Positions 1 to 13,214 are shown, counted from the first letter of the whole stretch. The stretch: DNA of 63,856 bases, filler included, from Stramenopiles sp. TOSAG23-6 (GCA_900128565.1; 3 parts of 3 records of this genome joined end to end with filler, not necessarily neighbours in it); one strand, 5' to 3'. Translations and numbers: made by a program. The notes: generated by a model from the letters alone, not told the origin.

Positions 1-13
1 AATTTTAAATTTT

Positions 14-44
<31 letters not shown>

Positions 45-168
45 CGTTTTTTTCGGGAATAGTACGGATACCCGGCACCCAAGTATTTCATGATAAAATT
101 TTCATTATTGTCTTTTATTTTTTTAAATTTTTCATCAAAGACAACAATGTGCCTAAACTAAAGAGCTA

Positions 169-1200
169 TTATAACACTTGTACTGAAATATCAAGAAGTT
201 CAGGCTCAAAATATTCAGATAACTCATTCTTAGTAACCCAAGCATAGTCAACAAGTTCTTCAGAAACTGAAACATTTGGCTGTCCAGAAACGAAAATCGA
301 TCTATAAAAATAGACTTTTGCACCATAAAATTCTCCAGATTTTCTGACTTCTTTAGGGAATTCGTACGCATAATACGCAGATGGGGCATTAGATAAGAAG
401 TACACATCCAAATCATCTCCTAATTCTTCTTTTGTTTCCCTCTCTACAGTTCTTCGAAGTGTCTCATCAGTTTCTTTGAAGCCACCTTGAGGAAATTGCC
501 AACTATTGTTTTCTCTATCTTTTTTAACAATTAGGTATAAATCTTCTGCTAATGCACGATTCATCGATTTACGATCATTAGATTTATCAGCTTCTGTAAT
601 TCGAGGAGCTGGTTCAAATTCTAGTTCGAAAAGGTGCGCCCTCAACTGCTCATCGGCAATGTCAAGTGTCTCTTTTAATTGTTCTGCGGCCTCTGTATCT
701 CCCGCTGCTGCTGCTTCTTTCAATTTTGCTTTCTGATCAATGATTTTTTGAGCTTCTTGACGAGTTTCATCATAATATTCCTTTTTTGAATAAAAATCAT
801 CAGATATCCCATACTTCATGTCTTTATGACGTTCGTTCTGCATAATATTGTGCTCCACCTCCCAGTCCTCCAAGTCAGGCACTATTATCGCTGGACGAAC
901 AACAAAATTTGCAGCGACGGTGCGCCACGTTTTCCCTTCCTTTATCGCTTTAGCTTCCATCCTTTGAAGATTAGCTTCAAACTTTTTATCTTTTTCAGCA
1001 TAGAATCTTTTCCATTTACCCTTGTCAGCGCGTCGAGATTCTGTGGCCGCAGGTGGATTTTTATAGCTGGAACCTTTTTTTGGTTGACCTTTCTTCCAAC
1101 GTTTGACAGATAACATACGTAAGGATTGAAATCTATTTACAGATATAGATGTACTACTAGGACATACGCGCATTACATGCCGAGATATAACTTGAAACAT
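169..1200 (-). CDS. MRPL46: Mitochondrial ribosomal protein mL46 (Nudix-like C-terminus)
   Basis: PRITEADKSNDRKSMNRAL and WQFPQG...ETLRRTVERE match mL46; basic presequence-like N-terminus. The first ATG is at 1200 (the ORF track starts at a TTG). Confidence 0.85.
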   Translation of the reverse strand: MFQVISRHVMRVCPSSTSISVNRFQSLRMLSVKRWKKGQPKKGSSYKNPPAATESRRADKGKWKRFYAEKDKKFEANLQRMEAKAIKEGKTWRTVAANFVVRPAIIVPDLEDWEVEHNIMQNERHKDMKYGISDDFYSKKEYYDETRQEAQKIIDQKAKLKEAAAAGDTEAAEQLKETLDIADEQLRAHLFELEFEPAPRITEADKSNDRKSMNRALAEDLYLIVKKDRENNSWQFPQGGFKETDETLRRTVERETKEELGDDLDVYFLSNAPSAYYAYEFPKEVRKSGEFYGAKVYFYRSIFVSGQPNVSVSEELVDYAWVTKNELSEYFEPELLDISVQVL

Positions 1201-1470
1201 TGGATAATCAATGAATTTAGACAAGTCCCTGTAGTAATGCTACTTGTGTAGATGGTAGTAGTGAGCAATCCTTCGATGATCTGAAATTATATAAAAAGGC
1301 ACGTGTCCGTGGTCGGAAGAATTCAATTCGTACGAAAATTTCCTACTTGGTGATGTTTGATTTTTTCCTCTTTTTCTTTCCGTTGTGTAACCGTTGGCAA
1401 ACGTCTTCTTCTTGATTTCATAGATTACTACATTTATATCTATCTAGTCTAGAGGTGTCATTGACTCACC

Positions 1471-3592
1471 ATGAACCAAAGTTCTTATAGTGCTGCTGAT
1501 GATACGAGAGATAAAGTGCGTGTGGTAGTACGTGTCAGACCAGTATTACACTATGAGAGTGATCACATGGTTGTCGTTCGCGCTTCTTCAAGCGGTCAAA
1601 GTGTGAAAGTTTCTTCTACAGCCCCTTCGATGCGTGCTTCTGATAAGGGTGACGTCCGTGCGAATCGCAGAGAGTTTGCTTTTGATCGTTGCTTTGGTGG
1701 TGAATCAACCCAGGAGTACTTTTTCGATGCATGTGGAGTCAAAGATCTCTTACATGCGGGGTTGAATGGATATTGTGCAACAGTGTTTGCTTTTGGTCAG
1801 ACCGGAAGTGGAAAGACGTATACTATGACAGGTCCTCCAGAGTCAGTAGAAGAACCAAAAGTATCGAAAAAAGTATCAAAACTAACCAGTAATAATAGAA
1901 GTATGAATCACACTCCAGTCAAATTTGATGAATATTCTGGTGGTCTTGTCCCTCGTTCTATGAAGTATATTTTTACTTGTATTAATTCAATTCCAAAAAG
2001 TAATATTATCGTGCGCGCGTCGTACTGTGAGATATATAATGAAAATGTATACGACTTGTTGAATTTAACGTTAGAACCTTTGCCAGTACGATTTGATGCT
2101 GATGCGGGTTTCTATGTTCAAGGTCTATTGATAGCGACGTGTGACAACCTCAATGATGTTATGATGGTGATGAATGAAGGTTTAACAAATCGACGAACGG
2201 GATCTCACGAGCTTAATAAAGATACATCCCGATCTCACTCAATATTTACATTATATATAGAGTCGGAAGGAGTAAACTCTACAACAGGCAAGTCTTCGAC
2301 GAGATTTGGAAAATTATCTTTTATAGACTTGGCCGGAAGTGAAAAAGTGAAAAAGACCAAAGTGACTGGCGCAGGATTAATTGAAGCAACGAACGTTAAT
2401 CGTAGCCTCTTTACTTTAGGTAAAATTATATCATTACTGAGTGATCAAGCAGGTGATAGCAAACAAAGCCAAAATCGAAGTGGTTCAGCTAATGTTAAGC
2501 ATATTCCATACCGAGACTCAAAATTAACTAAACTTTTAATGGACTCCCTTGTATGTTTTCATCATGAATTTCAAATTTGTTTTTTTTTCATACGAAATTT
2601 TGTACCTAACAATTTTTTTTTGTAATTTTTTTTTTCACAATACATGTATGTTTTCATAATGAATTTTAATTTGTTTTTCTAGAAAAGTTAGTCCCTAACG
2701 AATTTTGAATTTAACATATTTTTCAACATTACATGGAGGTACTTCAAAAACGCTAATGATAGCATGTGCATCCCCGGGAGATAAATTTATATCCGAAACA
2801 TTATCAACGTTTTATTTCGCCACTCGCGCAAAAAATATTGTAAACAAGCCAATGGTTAAATTAAAACCAAAGGAACAGTTTGTCATTAGCTTACAAACTG
2901 AAGTAGTGGAATTAAGAAAAGAAAATAAATATTTGCGCAAACAATTGTCTATACCAAAACGAGAACGGAATATTCGAGAAGATTTGATGAGTCAAAATAG
3001 TGGTAGTAATAGTAATACAAATGTTTATGATAGGTATGCTGCAGGTTCAGGAGTAAATGCAATTAAATTAACAACACGAAGGAAAAACACAAAATCAAGT
3101 TCGATGCTTTTAGGAGCAAAAAGAGGAAATATAGGAAGTAGAGGAAGTGATTTTTCACGCCTTCGTCAACCTCGAATATATAGTGGGTTTATGCGTCCTA
3201 ATAGGAATACTAAATCAAGGCGTTCACAAAATAGTGAAAACATTTACACTTTTGAAAAAAGCAATAGTAACCCGTCTGTTGACAGTTTTCAGTCCAGTAA
3301 TAGTAATGGCATTTCAAGTAAATATATTCAAAATAGTAGACATAGTAGGACTAGTACAAAGGAATCATATGTACACGACCAAAACCAAACGGAAAATACT
3401 GAAATGAAAAATAAATATGAAGAAGAAGTTCGAAAAATGACTGAAGAGCGAGACGAAGCTCGCAGATTTTGTTGTACTACTTCAGCAAAGTTACACGCGA
3501 TGGAAATCGAAAATGAAAAATTACAAGATAGGCTTCGCCACGTAGAGGCTGTGTTTATAGATTCACAGATACAAGATAGAAATAATATATAA
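1471..3592 (+). CDS. Kinesin, KIF12/kinesin-16-like; exons 1471-2550 and 2735-3592
   Basis: GQTGSGKT P-loop, SRSH and DLAGSE motifs. HIPYRDSKLTKLLMDSL joins GGTSKTLMIACASP in frame once 2551-2734 is removed. Confidence 0.9.
2551..2645 (+). other. Family intron copy (GT..AT), first of a tandem pair in the kinesin
   Basis: GTATGTTTTCATCATGAATT...CATACGAAATTTTGTACCTAAC...CACAATACAT. Confidence 0.85.
2646..2734 (+). other. Family intron copy (GT..AT), second of the tandem pair with no exon in between
   Basis: GTATGTTTTCATAATGAATT...GTCCCTAACG...CATTACAT, followed by GGA GGT (GG of DSLGG). Confidence 0.85.
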
Positions 3593-3759
3593 AAAACATT
3601 GATGACATTATCCATACAGAATGTTGTATAGAGGTTTGACATTTTTCAGAATAATTTTTAGTACAAAACTGCTACAAAACTTCAAATTAGTCAAGATATG
3701 AAAATTGCGAATTGTACGCATTGCAATAGTTAAATTATACTTTATTATATTTACGCGTA

Positions 3760-4407
3760 TTAATTTAAGATAAAGGCAACTATTGATTCAACTTCATTAT
3801 TGTTTTCCAAACTGTTGACTCGTACTGTTATCGACTTTGATATTTTCTCAATAAAGAACTGAAGTTTTCGAGACTCTTCCTGCCCGATATCATTCATTAA
3901 AAACACACCTGTAACTGGAGGGTATTCAGCATATTGTTCTATCTGTTTGAAGACTCTAAGCTTGTTTACAAAACACTGCATCGCATAATTTGGGGTAGGA
4001 GATAATCGATTTAATTCTGACGACGCAAACGTTATTGCAGAACATAGTGTTTCAGATACCATTTCGGATGTAACTTTATCTCTATTTGTAACCACTGAAT
4101 CGGGACTTGAAGGTTTACTAACTGACGACACATTAGTTTTATATTTTCCCCCTCCCGTTAGTGCCACCCGAATAAAATCACGATCAGTCGATTCACACCC
4201 GTAAATAATTGTTGGTTCCACAATATCAACACTCTGATTGACCTCCTTTTTCAGCGCATTCACTGCTTTTACGTTATTACCAATTATGAGATACGAACCT
4301 GGAAGTTTACAGGTTTCCTTTTCAAGTTTTTTTTTTTGGTGTTTATTACGACGTTGTTTACGGTGCTTATGATGACTTGAACGACTTTTCTTATGTGCTT
4401 GATGCAT
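3760..4407 (-). CDS. Hypothetical protein with basic His/Lys-rich N-terminus
   Basis: 215-aa ATG ORF filling the space between flanking genes; no family recognised. Confidence 0.55.
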   Translation of the reverse strand: MHQAHKKSRSSHHKHRKQRRNKHQKKKLEKETCKLPGSYLIIGNNVKAVNALKKEVNQSVDIVEPTIIYGCESTDRDFIRVALTGGGKYKTNVSSVSKPSSPDSVVTNRDKVTSEMVSETLCSAITFASSELNRLSPTPNYAMQCFVNKLRVFKQIEQYAEYPPVTGVFLMNDIGQEESRKLQFFIEKISKSITVRVNSLENNNEVESIVAFILN

Positions 4408-4660
4408 TGTCGCAATATCCCAAGATTTTTCCTAAAGAGCTATCTAAATCTGTAGCTACAAAGTATCTTTCAGAAGAATCTAACTAACCTAGCTAATGAC
4501 CATCATGCATCAAATGTCATTGTGAAACCGTAAAAAAAAAAAATGACTTGCGTGACTTGACTTGTCGTCGTGTCAAACTGTATCTTTGAATCTCTTAGTT
4601 CTGTAATTTGAATCTGAAATCGAAATCTTTGAATATCTTACTGTAATTTCCAAAGGAAGA

Positions 4661-6294
4661 ATGTTGCGAGCATGGAAACGAAACACTGGTAAAAATTATG
4701 TACCGCCTAGAGCTTTCCAAGACCCCCTTTCACTATATACCCATGAAAATAAAGGCGAACCTAGAAAAATCAATGACAAGCAGGTGACCTTATCCTATGG
4801 AGATCGATTGGTTCCAAATTTGATAGCAAGGTTATCTGAGAATGATCCATTAGTAATTAGGCACACAATGTCTATAATCGAAGAGAGAGTAGTAAGAAAT
4901 CCAAAACACGTTTCTATTGCAGTACACTGCGGTCTCATTAATCAATTAAATGATCTTTCTATAAAATTTGCTGTAGCCAAGGATGATAATTCTTGGGACC
5001 CAGCCACTGCAGTATCAGCAGTGACTTGTCTTGGTCATCTATCGAGTACCCGGATGGCTAGAATAAAAATGATGGAGACAACTACCTTATCATGCCTCAG
5101 AAAGTGCATGAATGAAATGTCACCTCGTACTCTACAAACTTTAGCTTTTGACACTTTATTAAAATTGAGTTTTTATCGTGAAATTTGTACCAATTTACTG
5201 CTCGTTAAAAGCACTAAAAAACACGAAGAAAGGACAGGGGAAAGATATATAAATAATGGATTAATGAAGGATCTAGTATCTGTCTGTCCAAAATGGGAGA
5301 AAAAGTATTGCCGAAGAGAACTTGAGGAAATGAACCCTCAAGAAGAGGAAGAAATTGTTTTAAAAGGAAAAGGAAGAATGTGTGTTTCATTTTTTTTCAA
5401 TTTCGAATTTTTTTTTCGTACGAAATTTTGTACCTAACGAAAAACAATTTGAAATATTTTTCCAAAATACATGGCCCGAATAGAATATGAAGCTAAATTA
5501 AAAAAAAGAGAAGATGCCCAGAGGCTTCGAGCTGCAGAGCTTGCAGCATTAACACCACCAGAAATTATTGCGAAACATTTATTGCTTGTTCGAAATCTTT
5601 GTTCTTGTCAAATTGGTATTAAGCAAGCCCAAGATGAAGACGTGCGTTTTAATCCTTTTTTTTTTATTATTTATTTCGATTTAAAAAATTCAAAATGTTT
5701 TTTTACCTAACAAATATTCGTATTTGACATAGTATACCACAATTGTATGTCGTTCAAAAATGTGTTCGTCAATTACAAAATAAACATGGAAGTCTTCGAT
5801 CAGAGGCTACAAGACTTCTTCAAATTTTAACATTAAGCAAAGAAGGTGTTGATGCTGCAATATCAACAGGTCTATCAGATGTTGGGGAGGAGGCCAAATT
5901 AACAACAGGAATTCGCGCTAAAGTTATTTCAGGAGCTAGACCTGGTGCTATCAAAGCTTTAGTAGATTTATTGAAAGACCCTTTATGCATTGTTCGCCGT
6001 GCTGCGACAGGAACATTAATGTCACTTGTAGTGAATATCGAAGGGAAGAAACAATTTTTAAAGATTGAAGGAGTTCAACCACTAGTTTATTCTTTGAACC
6101 ACGAAATTGATTTATGGACAAAACAAAATGCGATACAAATCGTCGCTACGTTGGCGTGTTTGCCTGCCGCACGAATGACGTTGAGGAAGTGGAAAGTTGA
6201 AGAAGCCCTTGAAAATCTTGCAGATAATTCAAATAATACAACCATAGATGAACTTAGTAAAGTGTCACTTGAAGCTCTTCGTTGGGATCCATAA
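4661..6294 (+). CDS. RSPH14: Radial spoke head 14 (RTDR1)-like ARM-repeat protein; exons 4661-5379, 5473-5641, 5749-6294
   Basis: YGDRLVPNLIARL near the N-terminus, ARM repeats (GAIKALVDLLKD, GVQPLVYSL) and a C-terminal W-x-P. Three ORF-track pieces join in frame across two family introns. Confidence 0.7.
5380..5472 (+). other. Family intron (GT..AT) in the RSPH14-like gene
   Basis: AT|GTGTGTTT...TTTCGTACGAAATTTTGTACCTAACG...CCAAAATACAT|G; contains an in-frame stop. Confidence 0.85.
5642..5748 (+). other. Diverged family intron (GT..AT) in the RSPH14-like gene
   Basis: AC|GTGCGTTTT...TTACCTAAC...CACAATTGTAT|GTC restores the frame. An alternative in-frame end at 5730 (GACAT) is possible. Confidence 0.65.
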
Positions 6295-6671
6295 TTTTAA
6301 TGCAGTTTTAAAAAATATATTGTAATTATTTCTTTTAATTTTTATTTTATCTATCAAATTTTCATTAAAGCTGCAGGTGAAAATTAAATTAATAAATTTG
6401 AAAAATTTCAAAATTATGATAAGATTATTCAAATCTCAATCTCAAATCTAAAGAAGGTCCTAAAGAAGTTTAAACGAAGTTTAAGCAATTATTCGTTACC
6501 CGGTACAATCACGAATTATCAACTGAATAATAAGCCATATTTCGTGTGTGATCAAAATTGACATGCGAATGCGCGCTGGCTTCGAGCCTGACTCAAGATT
6601 AGTGGTGTCTCTCGGTTTCTTTTGTTTATCGTGCGCTTTTTTGAGATTTTATTCCCAACATTACAACAACT

Positions 6672-9600
6672 ATGGCCGAGTCATCGGATGTGCAAGTGAA
6701 GATGGGTGAAGTTGATGCGTTAAATTTTGGTCCGTCTTGGATGGATAAAGGATTTGCACCACCAGCTTCCCCGAAACTTGCAGGTCGTGTGGTATCCCAA
6801 CGACCTAAATACGTGTACAGTGTTCAGGAATTACGTTCGTTTCACAAACCTTCGCCTACACTTCCTTCAAAAATGATACTTATTGACGGGGTTATTGTTT
6901 CTGAGTCATTAGATCCGGTGTTTCTTACCCCAGAGGACAAAGATAAGTCCCTTAGCTTGTGGAAGCAGATCCCACAGCTGACCAAATCGAATCGTCGGGG
7001 TAGTGTACCTAACAAATCAGATTCTCGGCGTGACACTCGTGGTGTAAATGGTTTCAACTCCTCAAATCAAAGAGGAAAGCCATTTGGAGCTCCTATACAA
7101 AAGACATCTTCTACTATAAAGAGATCGATGGGAATCAATTCTGGTACTTCTGCAGTCAACTCAACAACTTCCAAAAAAGAGTCTGGACTTGCACGCTTCG
7201 AGCGTAATTTGGCTATGCGTTCGTCTCACTCAAGCAACATACCAACATCATCTCTTGCAGTACGCGACAGTAACAGACATAACCGTGGAAATATTATTGG
7301 CAATAATGGTAATGTCTCAGCATTGAAGCGTCATGATAGTTCTGACCACGGTAGTCGTAATGTCTCTAATGATAATGGTGCTTCAGATATGTGGACTCGG
7401 GGAGTGAAAGCACCAGAAAGAAAAGTAAAAAATGAACGTCCTGATAATCTAAAAAGGGATAACTTACGTGGTTTATCTTCGGATTTGTCACGGAACAACT
7501 TATCTGGAGGAGGAATGAAGGACGGTTCTTCTCGGGTATTGTCTTCTTCAAGTTCTCATGCTACTGCTAAGAACCCTAGTGTAGGCCTTGGTATGATGGC
7601 TGCTCAAACTGCTAGATTTGAAGAAATGAAAAAACAAAGACAAAAATCTTCCAGTGTGTCACAACCTTTGTCTGCTACAACTTCAAATGATAGATTAACT
7701 CAAGACATATGGAATGCTATTGGTCGTGGTGGTGAAAGTAGCACTGATAATAGTGGTACTTCAAATCCTAGTCCAAGTAAAATTTTATCTTCCCAGCAAC
7801 TCCAGATGCAGCAAATGCAAATTCGTAACGAGAAGCAACAACAACAAGAACAACAAAAGTTGCAACAACATCAGCAACAATGGTCGGCTAGTCAGCAGCA
7901 AAAAAATACACAACAACCCCAACAACCTCAATATAGTGAGCAATTTGCAGCACATGCCAGCGTCACAGCAACAGCTGCAGCTACGCCTGCACAAAAAACA
8001 CAAGCTAAAATTCAACAGTCCTCTGCATTATGGTGGTATTTAGACCCTCAAGGTAGAGAACAGGGTCCATTTAAGAATATGGATATGCGTGCCTGTACGT
8101 TTTATTTTAATGATTGAACTGCAAGTTATTTTTTTATACGAACTTTTTTTACCTAACAAAGAATTTTGAATTTTACATATTCTCTTCAATACATGGCACC
8201 AACAGGGTTTTTTTAAAAGAAATCTACCGATTCGTCTGGGAAATGGAAGCGATGGTGCAACCTTTAGTGAACTAGGTGCGATTTTTCCAAATTCAGCGGA
8301 AGCATTTTCCGTGAAGCCTCTTATTCCAAAACACGTTGAATCCCCGCCTAAATCTGCTATTTCTCCTACTCAGTTGACGAATCAACAACAGCATCAGTTA
8401 CAAGTACAACACATGATACGCCGTATGCAAGCTATACAATTACAAATGCAACAGATTGCTGCGCAATCTACCCAACATGGCACTACCCAAGCGAGAGAAA
8501 CGATGATGCAATTGCAGACACAATTGTTGCACCAACGATCTCAAATTCAAGCTCATATGCTGCAAATGTCGAATCAACAACAACAACAACAACAACAACA
8601 ACAGAGTCAACAGCATAATCAAGTTCAACAAGCTCAACTACATGCTCAGCGCCAAGCTCAATTACGTTTACAACAACAACAAGCTCAACAACAAGCTCAA
8701 CAACAAGCTCAAATTAAAGCTCAGCAACAAGCTCAAATTAAAGCTCAACAACAAGCTCAAATTAAAGCTCAACAACAAGCTCAAATTAAAGCTCAACAGC
8801 TAGCTCAAATTAAAGCTCAACAGCTAGCTCAAATTAAAGCTCAACAACAAGCTCAACAGCTAGCTCAAATCAAAGCTCAACAACAAGCTCAAATAAAAGC
8901 TCAACAACAAGCTCAACTCAAAGCTCAACAGCAACACCTCAAGCCTTGGGAAAATCCTAATAGCACATCAAAGTCTAATCCCTCGACTTCTACTGCGAAG
9001 AATTTGTCACAACATTCGCCGCGTCAGGCTAAGTCAACTGTGTTAGCTTCTTCTGATTCGTTCTTGGAGAACCAACAAAGAATTCAAATACAAAATCAGC
9101 AAAACGTTTTGAAAGACCAGAGTAGTAAGCGTTCGTCAATGTTATTGCCAAAGACTCAAGAGCAACAAAGCGAATTACTTCTTATTCAACGAGAACAAGA
9201 GAAAGAATTTCAAAAACAACAGCAAAAGCGTGCTTTAGAGAAGGAAAAAATGCAAAGGTTACAGGCGCTTCAGACTGTAAATGCTTCCGCTTGGGGTAAA
9301 AAAAGTAAAAATGTGTCTTCCATTAGTACGGGGAATGGAAAGTCTTTAAAAGAGATTCAGAAAGAAGAACAGGCAAGAGTGGCAGCACAAGAAGCAGCTG
9401 ATAAGCAAGCCGCTGCAGCTGGTGCTCGTGCCAAGGCTGGGCGGACCATGGCAGATCTCGTCGCCGGTAGTAGGAATAACGCAGCTGGTGCACAATGGGT
9501 CCGTGAACAGAGTTTATTGGCTGAATCTGAGGCTATTGCCACTGCAAAGAAACTTTCGTTGTCGGAGATACAGGCAAAGGAACAACTTGAGGTTGAGTTT

Positions 9601-10389
9601 CAGCAAAACCAATTAAAAATGAAGAATCAGCGTGCAACATCTTCTATGACCAAATCTGTGTGGGGTGGCAAAGAGTCTGGCACAAAATCGTTACTTCAAG
9701 TTCAAGCCGACGAGAGTCGACGTCTAAGCCAAATTCGTTCTCAGTCACAAACAAAATCTAATACAAAAAAACCTCTCGATCTTCGTACTATTCAAGCTCA
9801 AGAAGCTCGTGCCGCAGCTGCTGCTAGAGCGCAGAAATCTACTACTGGTAGTAGTGCCTCATCGTGGGCGGGTCGAATGGTAGGAAAATCCAATCAAAAT
9901 GTACCAGGTGTTTGGCAAACTGCTAATAACTTAACTTCAAATATTCCAGTTAGAAAGGAAAAAACAGAACCAAAGCAAAAAACGGGTGGGAGTAATCTGT
10001 TTTGGGATTTTGATGATGAAAATGCTAAATCAACACCTCAAAGACAAAAATGTTCTCAACAAAATACGCAAAATGTTGCTACGACAACTACTTCTGATTT
10101 TGGAGGTAAGTCAATGCCTAGACAAATGGTAGATTGGTGTGCGGTAGAGCTTAAAAAAATTATCGGTAACGATGATACCACTCTTGTTCAATTTTGCTTT
10201 ACTTTGGAGTCGAATGCAGATGTTCGGGAATATATGCGAAACTATCTTGGATCTACTCCTCAAGTTTCATCATTTTCGACTGAATTTATACAAAGAAAAC
10301 AGAGAGCTCTTAGCGGTGGTGTTGGGAATAATGCTGGGAACAATGTAACTGGTGCAATTACTAATCGCAGACGAAAGAAAAAACGTTAA
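6672..10389 (+). CDS. GIGYF-like GYF-domain protein; exons 6672-8094 and 8195-10389
   Basis: YVYSVQELRSF resembles the 4EHP-binding YxYxxxxL motif. The spliced GYF domain reads WWYLDPQGREQGPFKNMDMRAWHQQGFF. Q-rich middle and GIGYF-type C-terminus (VREYMRNYLG...FSTEFIQRK). Confidence 0.85.
8095..8194 (+). other. Family intron (GT..AT) splitting the conserved Trp codon of the GYF domain
   Basis: GCC T|GTACGTTT...TTACCTAAC...TCAATACAT|GG CAC. Confidence 0.88.
8670..8935 (+). repeat. Coding tandem repeat, about 24-nt unit encoding QQQAQIKA
   Basis: Repeated CAACAACAAGCTCAAATTAAAGCT units. Confidence 0.9.
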
Positions 10390-10587
10390 GTAATTTGAAC
10401 GTTTTAATTCGATTCTTCTCAGAATATTCATACATTTAGTTATTAAATGCGTATTCCCCATATAGATTTGTTTAGGGGTATTTATTACTGGATTTTGAAT
10501 GATGAATTAAACTAAAATGAGCTTCGTTTTTCTATATTTTTGTTTATTACATTTAAATTGTTGTTCTTTATTCTTGAATTATTCTTG

Positions 10588-13012
10588 TCACATTTCTGTA
10601 GTTCTTCTTGCAGCATCAGCATCGGTGTTTGAGTGAACTTCCTCAATTAAAATCTTTAATTCGCATAATTCTATTTGTAATCTTGATATTTTTTGTCTTT
10701 CTAGCTGTAGGGAGTGTTGCTTTGGATACATATTTCGTGATAAATTCATTTTCTGCATTTGTGCCTTTTGGATTGCTTCTTGGATTGATGCCAGTTCTTT
10801 GACAATTTCTTCCTCTTCTTTACTGTCTATATTATTTGAAAAATTAGAGCCCTTTATCACTTTCTGATGCAATTTTTTATTTGACCTAATTTCATTTTCA
10901 AGAGATTCTGTCAACACTAAAACTTTTTTCTTTGCTGTGTCTAAATGTTTAAATAGTCTAGCTTTATTTTTGTCGTATTCAGTACGTTTTTCTTTAACCA
11001 ACTGAATTCGTTGAATATATTTCTCTCTATCATTTTGAGTGAATTTAGTCCGAGACACTAACCAATTCTCAAGCGCAGATGTCTTTGCCTGCAAAAATTC
11101 TAGGGACGCTGTGCCGGCATTATAGATCTCACTACTAAATATAGTTCCTTTCCTGCCATTCTTGTATTTCTGTAAACGTTCTTTTGAAGTTGTGTTAAGC
11201 CTTCGAATGTTTGATGCATCTTGAACAGTCTTTACATTTATATCTCTAGTAAATGTTTTCACGTCATTTAGTGCATCGTTCACTTCATCAATTTCTACAA
11301 GTGCATTTGAGTAATCATTTTCGTAACATTGCTTACAAAAATGTAAATGCTTTTCAGCTGCAAGATGTATTTTGGAAAAATATTTCAAAAAAAAAACTTA
11401 AATTTGTTAGGTACACAATTTCGTACGAAAACAAATTTAGAATTTGAAAAAAATTAAAACATACATGTTGTTCCTCTATGAAATTAAGCTTTTTTTGAGC
11501 TTCAGAAATTTCTCTACTATGTATTGCACTTATTTCTTCAATCCAACTCCTTTGTTGAAGTATCATTTTATCGCTTAAAATTACTAATTTATCTTTACTA
11601 TTTCTAATATTGGCTAATTCACGAAACAGCGAGGAGTGCGAATCAATGGTATCCATGACTTCAATTTGTTCATCTAAATTTAAAATATCTGATTTTAGGC
11701 GACAAATTTCTAAATGTTGACGTTCTATTCTTTCCCGACAAAATTCCAGTAATTTTCGGGTCTCTTTAAAAGTACACCCATTTGCACTATTTGCAACAAC
11801 TTGCCCACCTCTGTTCTTGTAAAGTGCTTGTGACATTGATATAAAGTTCTCAAGACTCATAGTTTGAATGATGTTACCTTGTGTATTCTTTTGTGAAAGC
11901 ATATATTTTCTCAAATCTTTCAAGTTTAAATCTTCTTTTTGAGTACTTTTGTTCAATGTTTTAAGGATATTTTTAATTTCTGTCGCCTCCAGAAGACTAT
12001 CAAAGTTTATATCATATTGTGAAAATAAATGATGTAGTTCTTTAACTGTCATATGAAAATGACCTTGGCTTTGTTCGTTTAATACACGGTTAATGATTCC
12101 TAGGAAAAATTCTAAAGATATTTCATTACGTTTCTGCTGAAAATTTATAGTATTCCCAAGACCTAAACTTGCAATTTCGTATACCCTCCTTTGCATGCTT
12201 GTCGTCATCTCAAATGTAGAATGATTACGTTTACATAGTGTAAAAACTTTTAAAAGATTATCGGGAGATACAAACAATTCTTTTTGCATTTCAGTGGGTT
12301 GTATATCTTTGCTATCAACCATATTTTTTCTGACATTTGAAGTCATCTGAGCAATTTTATTGAATGATTGACTAATCTCTCTTCGCCAAATATCCGTAAT
12401 ATAATCTAGGTCTTGACTAGTGTCAATTATATTTTCGCTGTTCAATGAATTATACTCAGGTAAAGTTTGCGTTGGACTGACTACAGAAAATAAGATATGA
12501 CCAGATGCTAGTTTTTGTGGAACATTTTTAGTGGTTTTGGCCATTGATTTAACATCAATCCTTTTTAATGTATTCGATGTCGCAAATGCTGCCATTGCTT
12601 TTAAAGAACCATCACTTGTTCCATGTACTGCACCAACTGAAGCACTACTAAAATCATCTTCACCGACGAGGAATTCGTTGGGGTATTTAACATTTGTTTT
12701 TAGGTCAACAAGCTCAAAGGTTTTCGTGTTTTGTTTAAATTTTACTTTGATCTCACAGTAAAGATGAGATGCGTATTTTACAATGAACTTATATTTTGTT
12801 GAGTCAATCAATTTGTATAGTTTTACTTCCCACATCCCATTTGGGTTTGTATCATCTAAAACTTTAGCCCGTGAACCATCAGCAGATATTATTTCTAGTG
12901 CCAATTTTGCTTTATTACGTATTTTGTAAGGGCAATTAGGAAAACCAAACGCTACTGCCGCTTTGTAAACATCCGAACTTTTTGTTGGATGGAACCACTT
13001 TTTAGGCTCCAT
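10588..13012 (-). CDS. EF-hand-like/coiled-coil protein; exons 13012-11465 and 11364-10588
   Basis: ELHHLFSQYDINFDSLLEATEIKNIL is EF-hand-like and the C-terminal half is coiled-coil. Two ORFs join in phase 0 (IEEQH|LAAEK). Confidence 0.65.
11365..11464 (-). other. Family intron (GT..AT)
   Basis: Minus strand: CAT|GTATGTTTT...TTTCGTACGAAATTGTGTACCTAAC...CCAAAATACAT|CTT. Confidence 0.85.
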
Positions 13013-13214
13013 TTTGTTTGTGCTTGCAATTGTAAATGCAGGCTTTTTTGTTAGATACTACAGGACGGAAAAACAGTTTCGTTTTGTGAACAAAGCTGCT
13101 CTCGCTCTGCCATCAGAGAGATTCTTCTTTTTTTGGAGTCAGTCGTCGATCAATCTGATTGATCAAACTTAACGATTACAGCTCTTTTACCATTAAAGTT
13201 CGAGCTTTTCAAGG

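Noticed and set aside
1-60. Long T tract at the window start as a possible element fragment or retrocopy tail
   Set aside because: No palindrome, branch site or AATACA end; too little context.
1471-3592. Split ORFs as pseudogenes, stop-codon reassignment or programmed frameshifts
   Set aside because: The breaks (other than the T10 run in the transporter and one GT-AG intron) coincide with a family copy whose removal restores the frame in essential genes such as MCM6 and GPD1. Long genes read normally in the standard code.
7005-7013. GTACCTAAC branch-like motif inside GIGYF exon 1
   Set aside because: No T-rich body, donor or AATACA end; it lies in ordinary coding sequence (VPN).
8094-8193. 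Reading the family as TG..CA elements (register shifted by -1)
   Set aside because: It is equivalent at many sites, but three copies would start CG, the aminopeptidase would lose its conserved Leu, and the GT register matches a normal U1-type donor. Disfavoured, though not formally excluded without cDNA.
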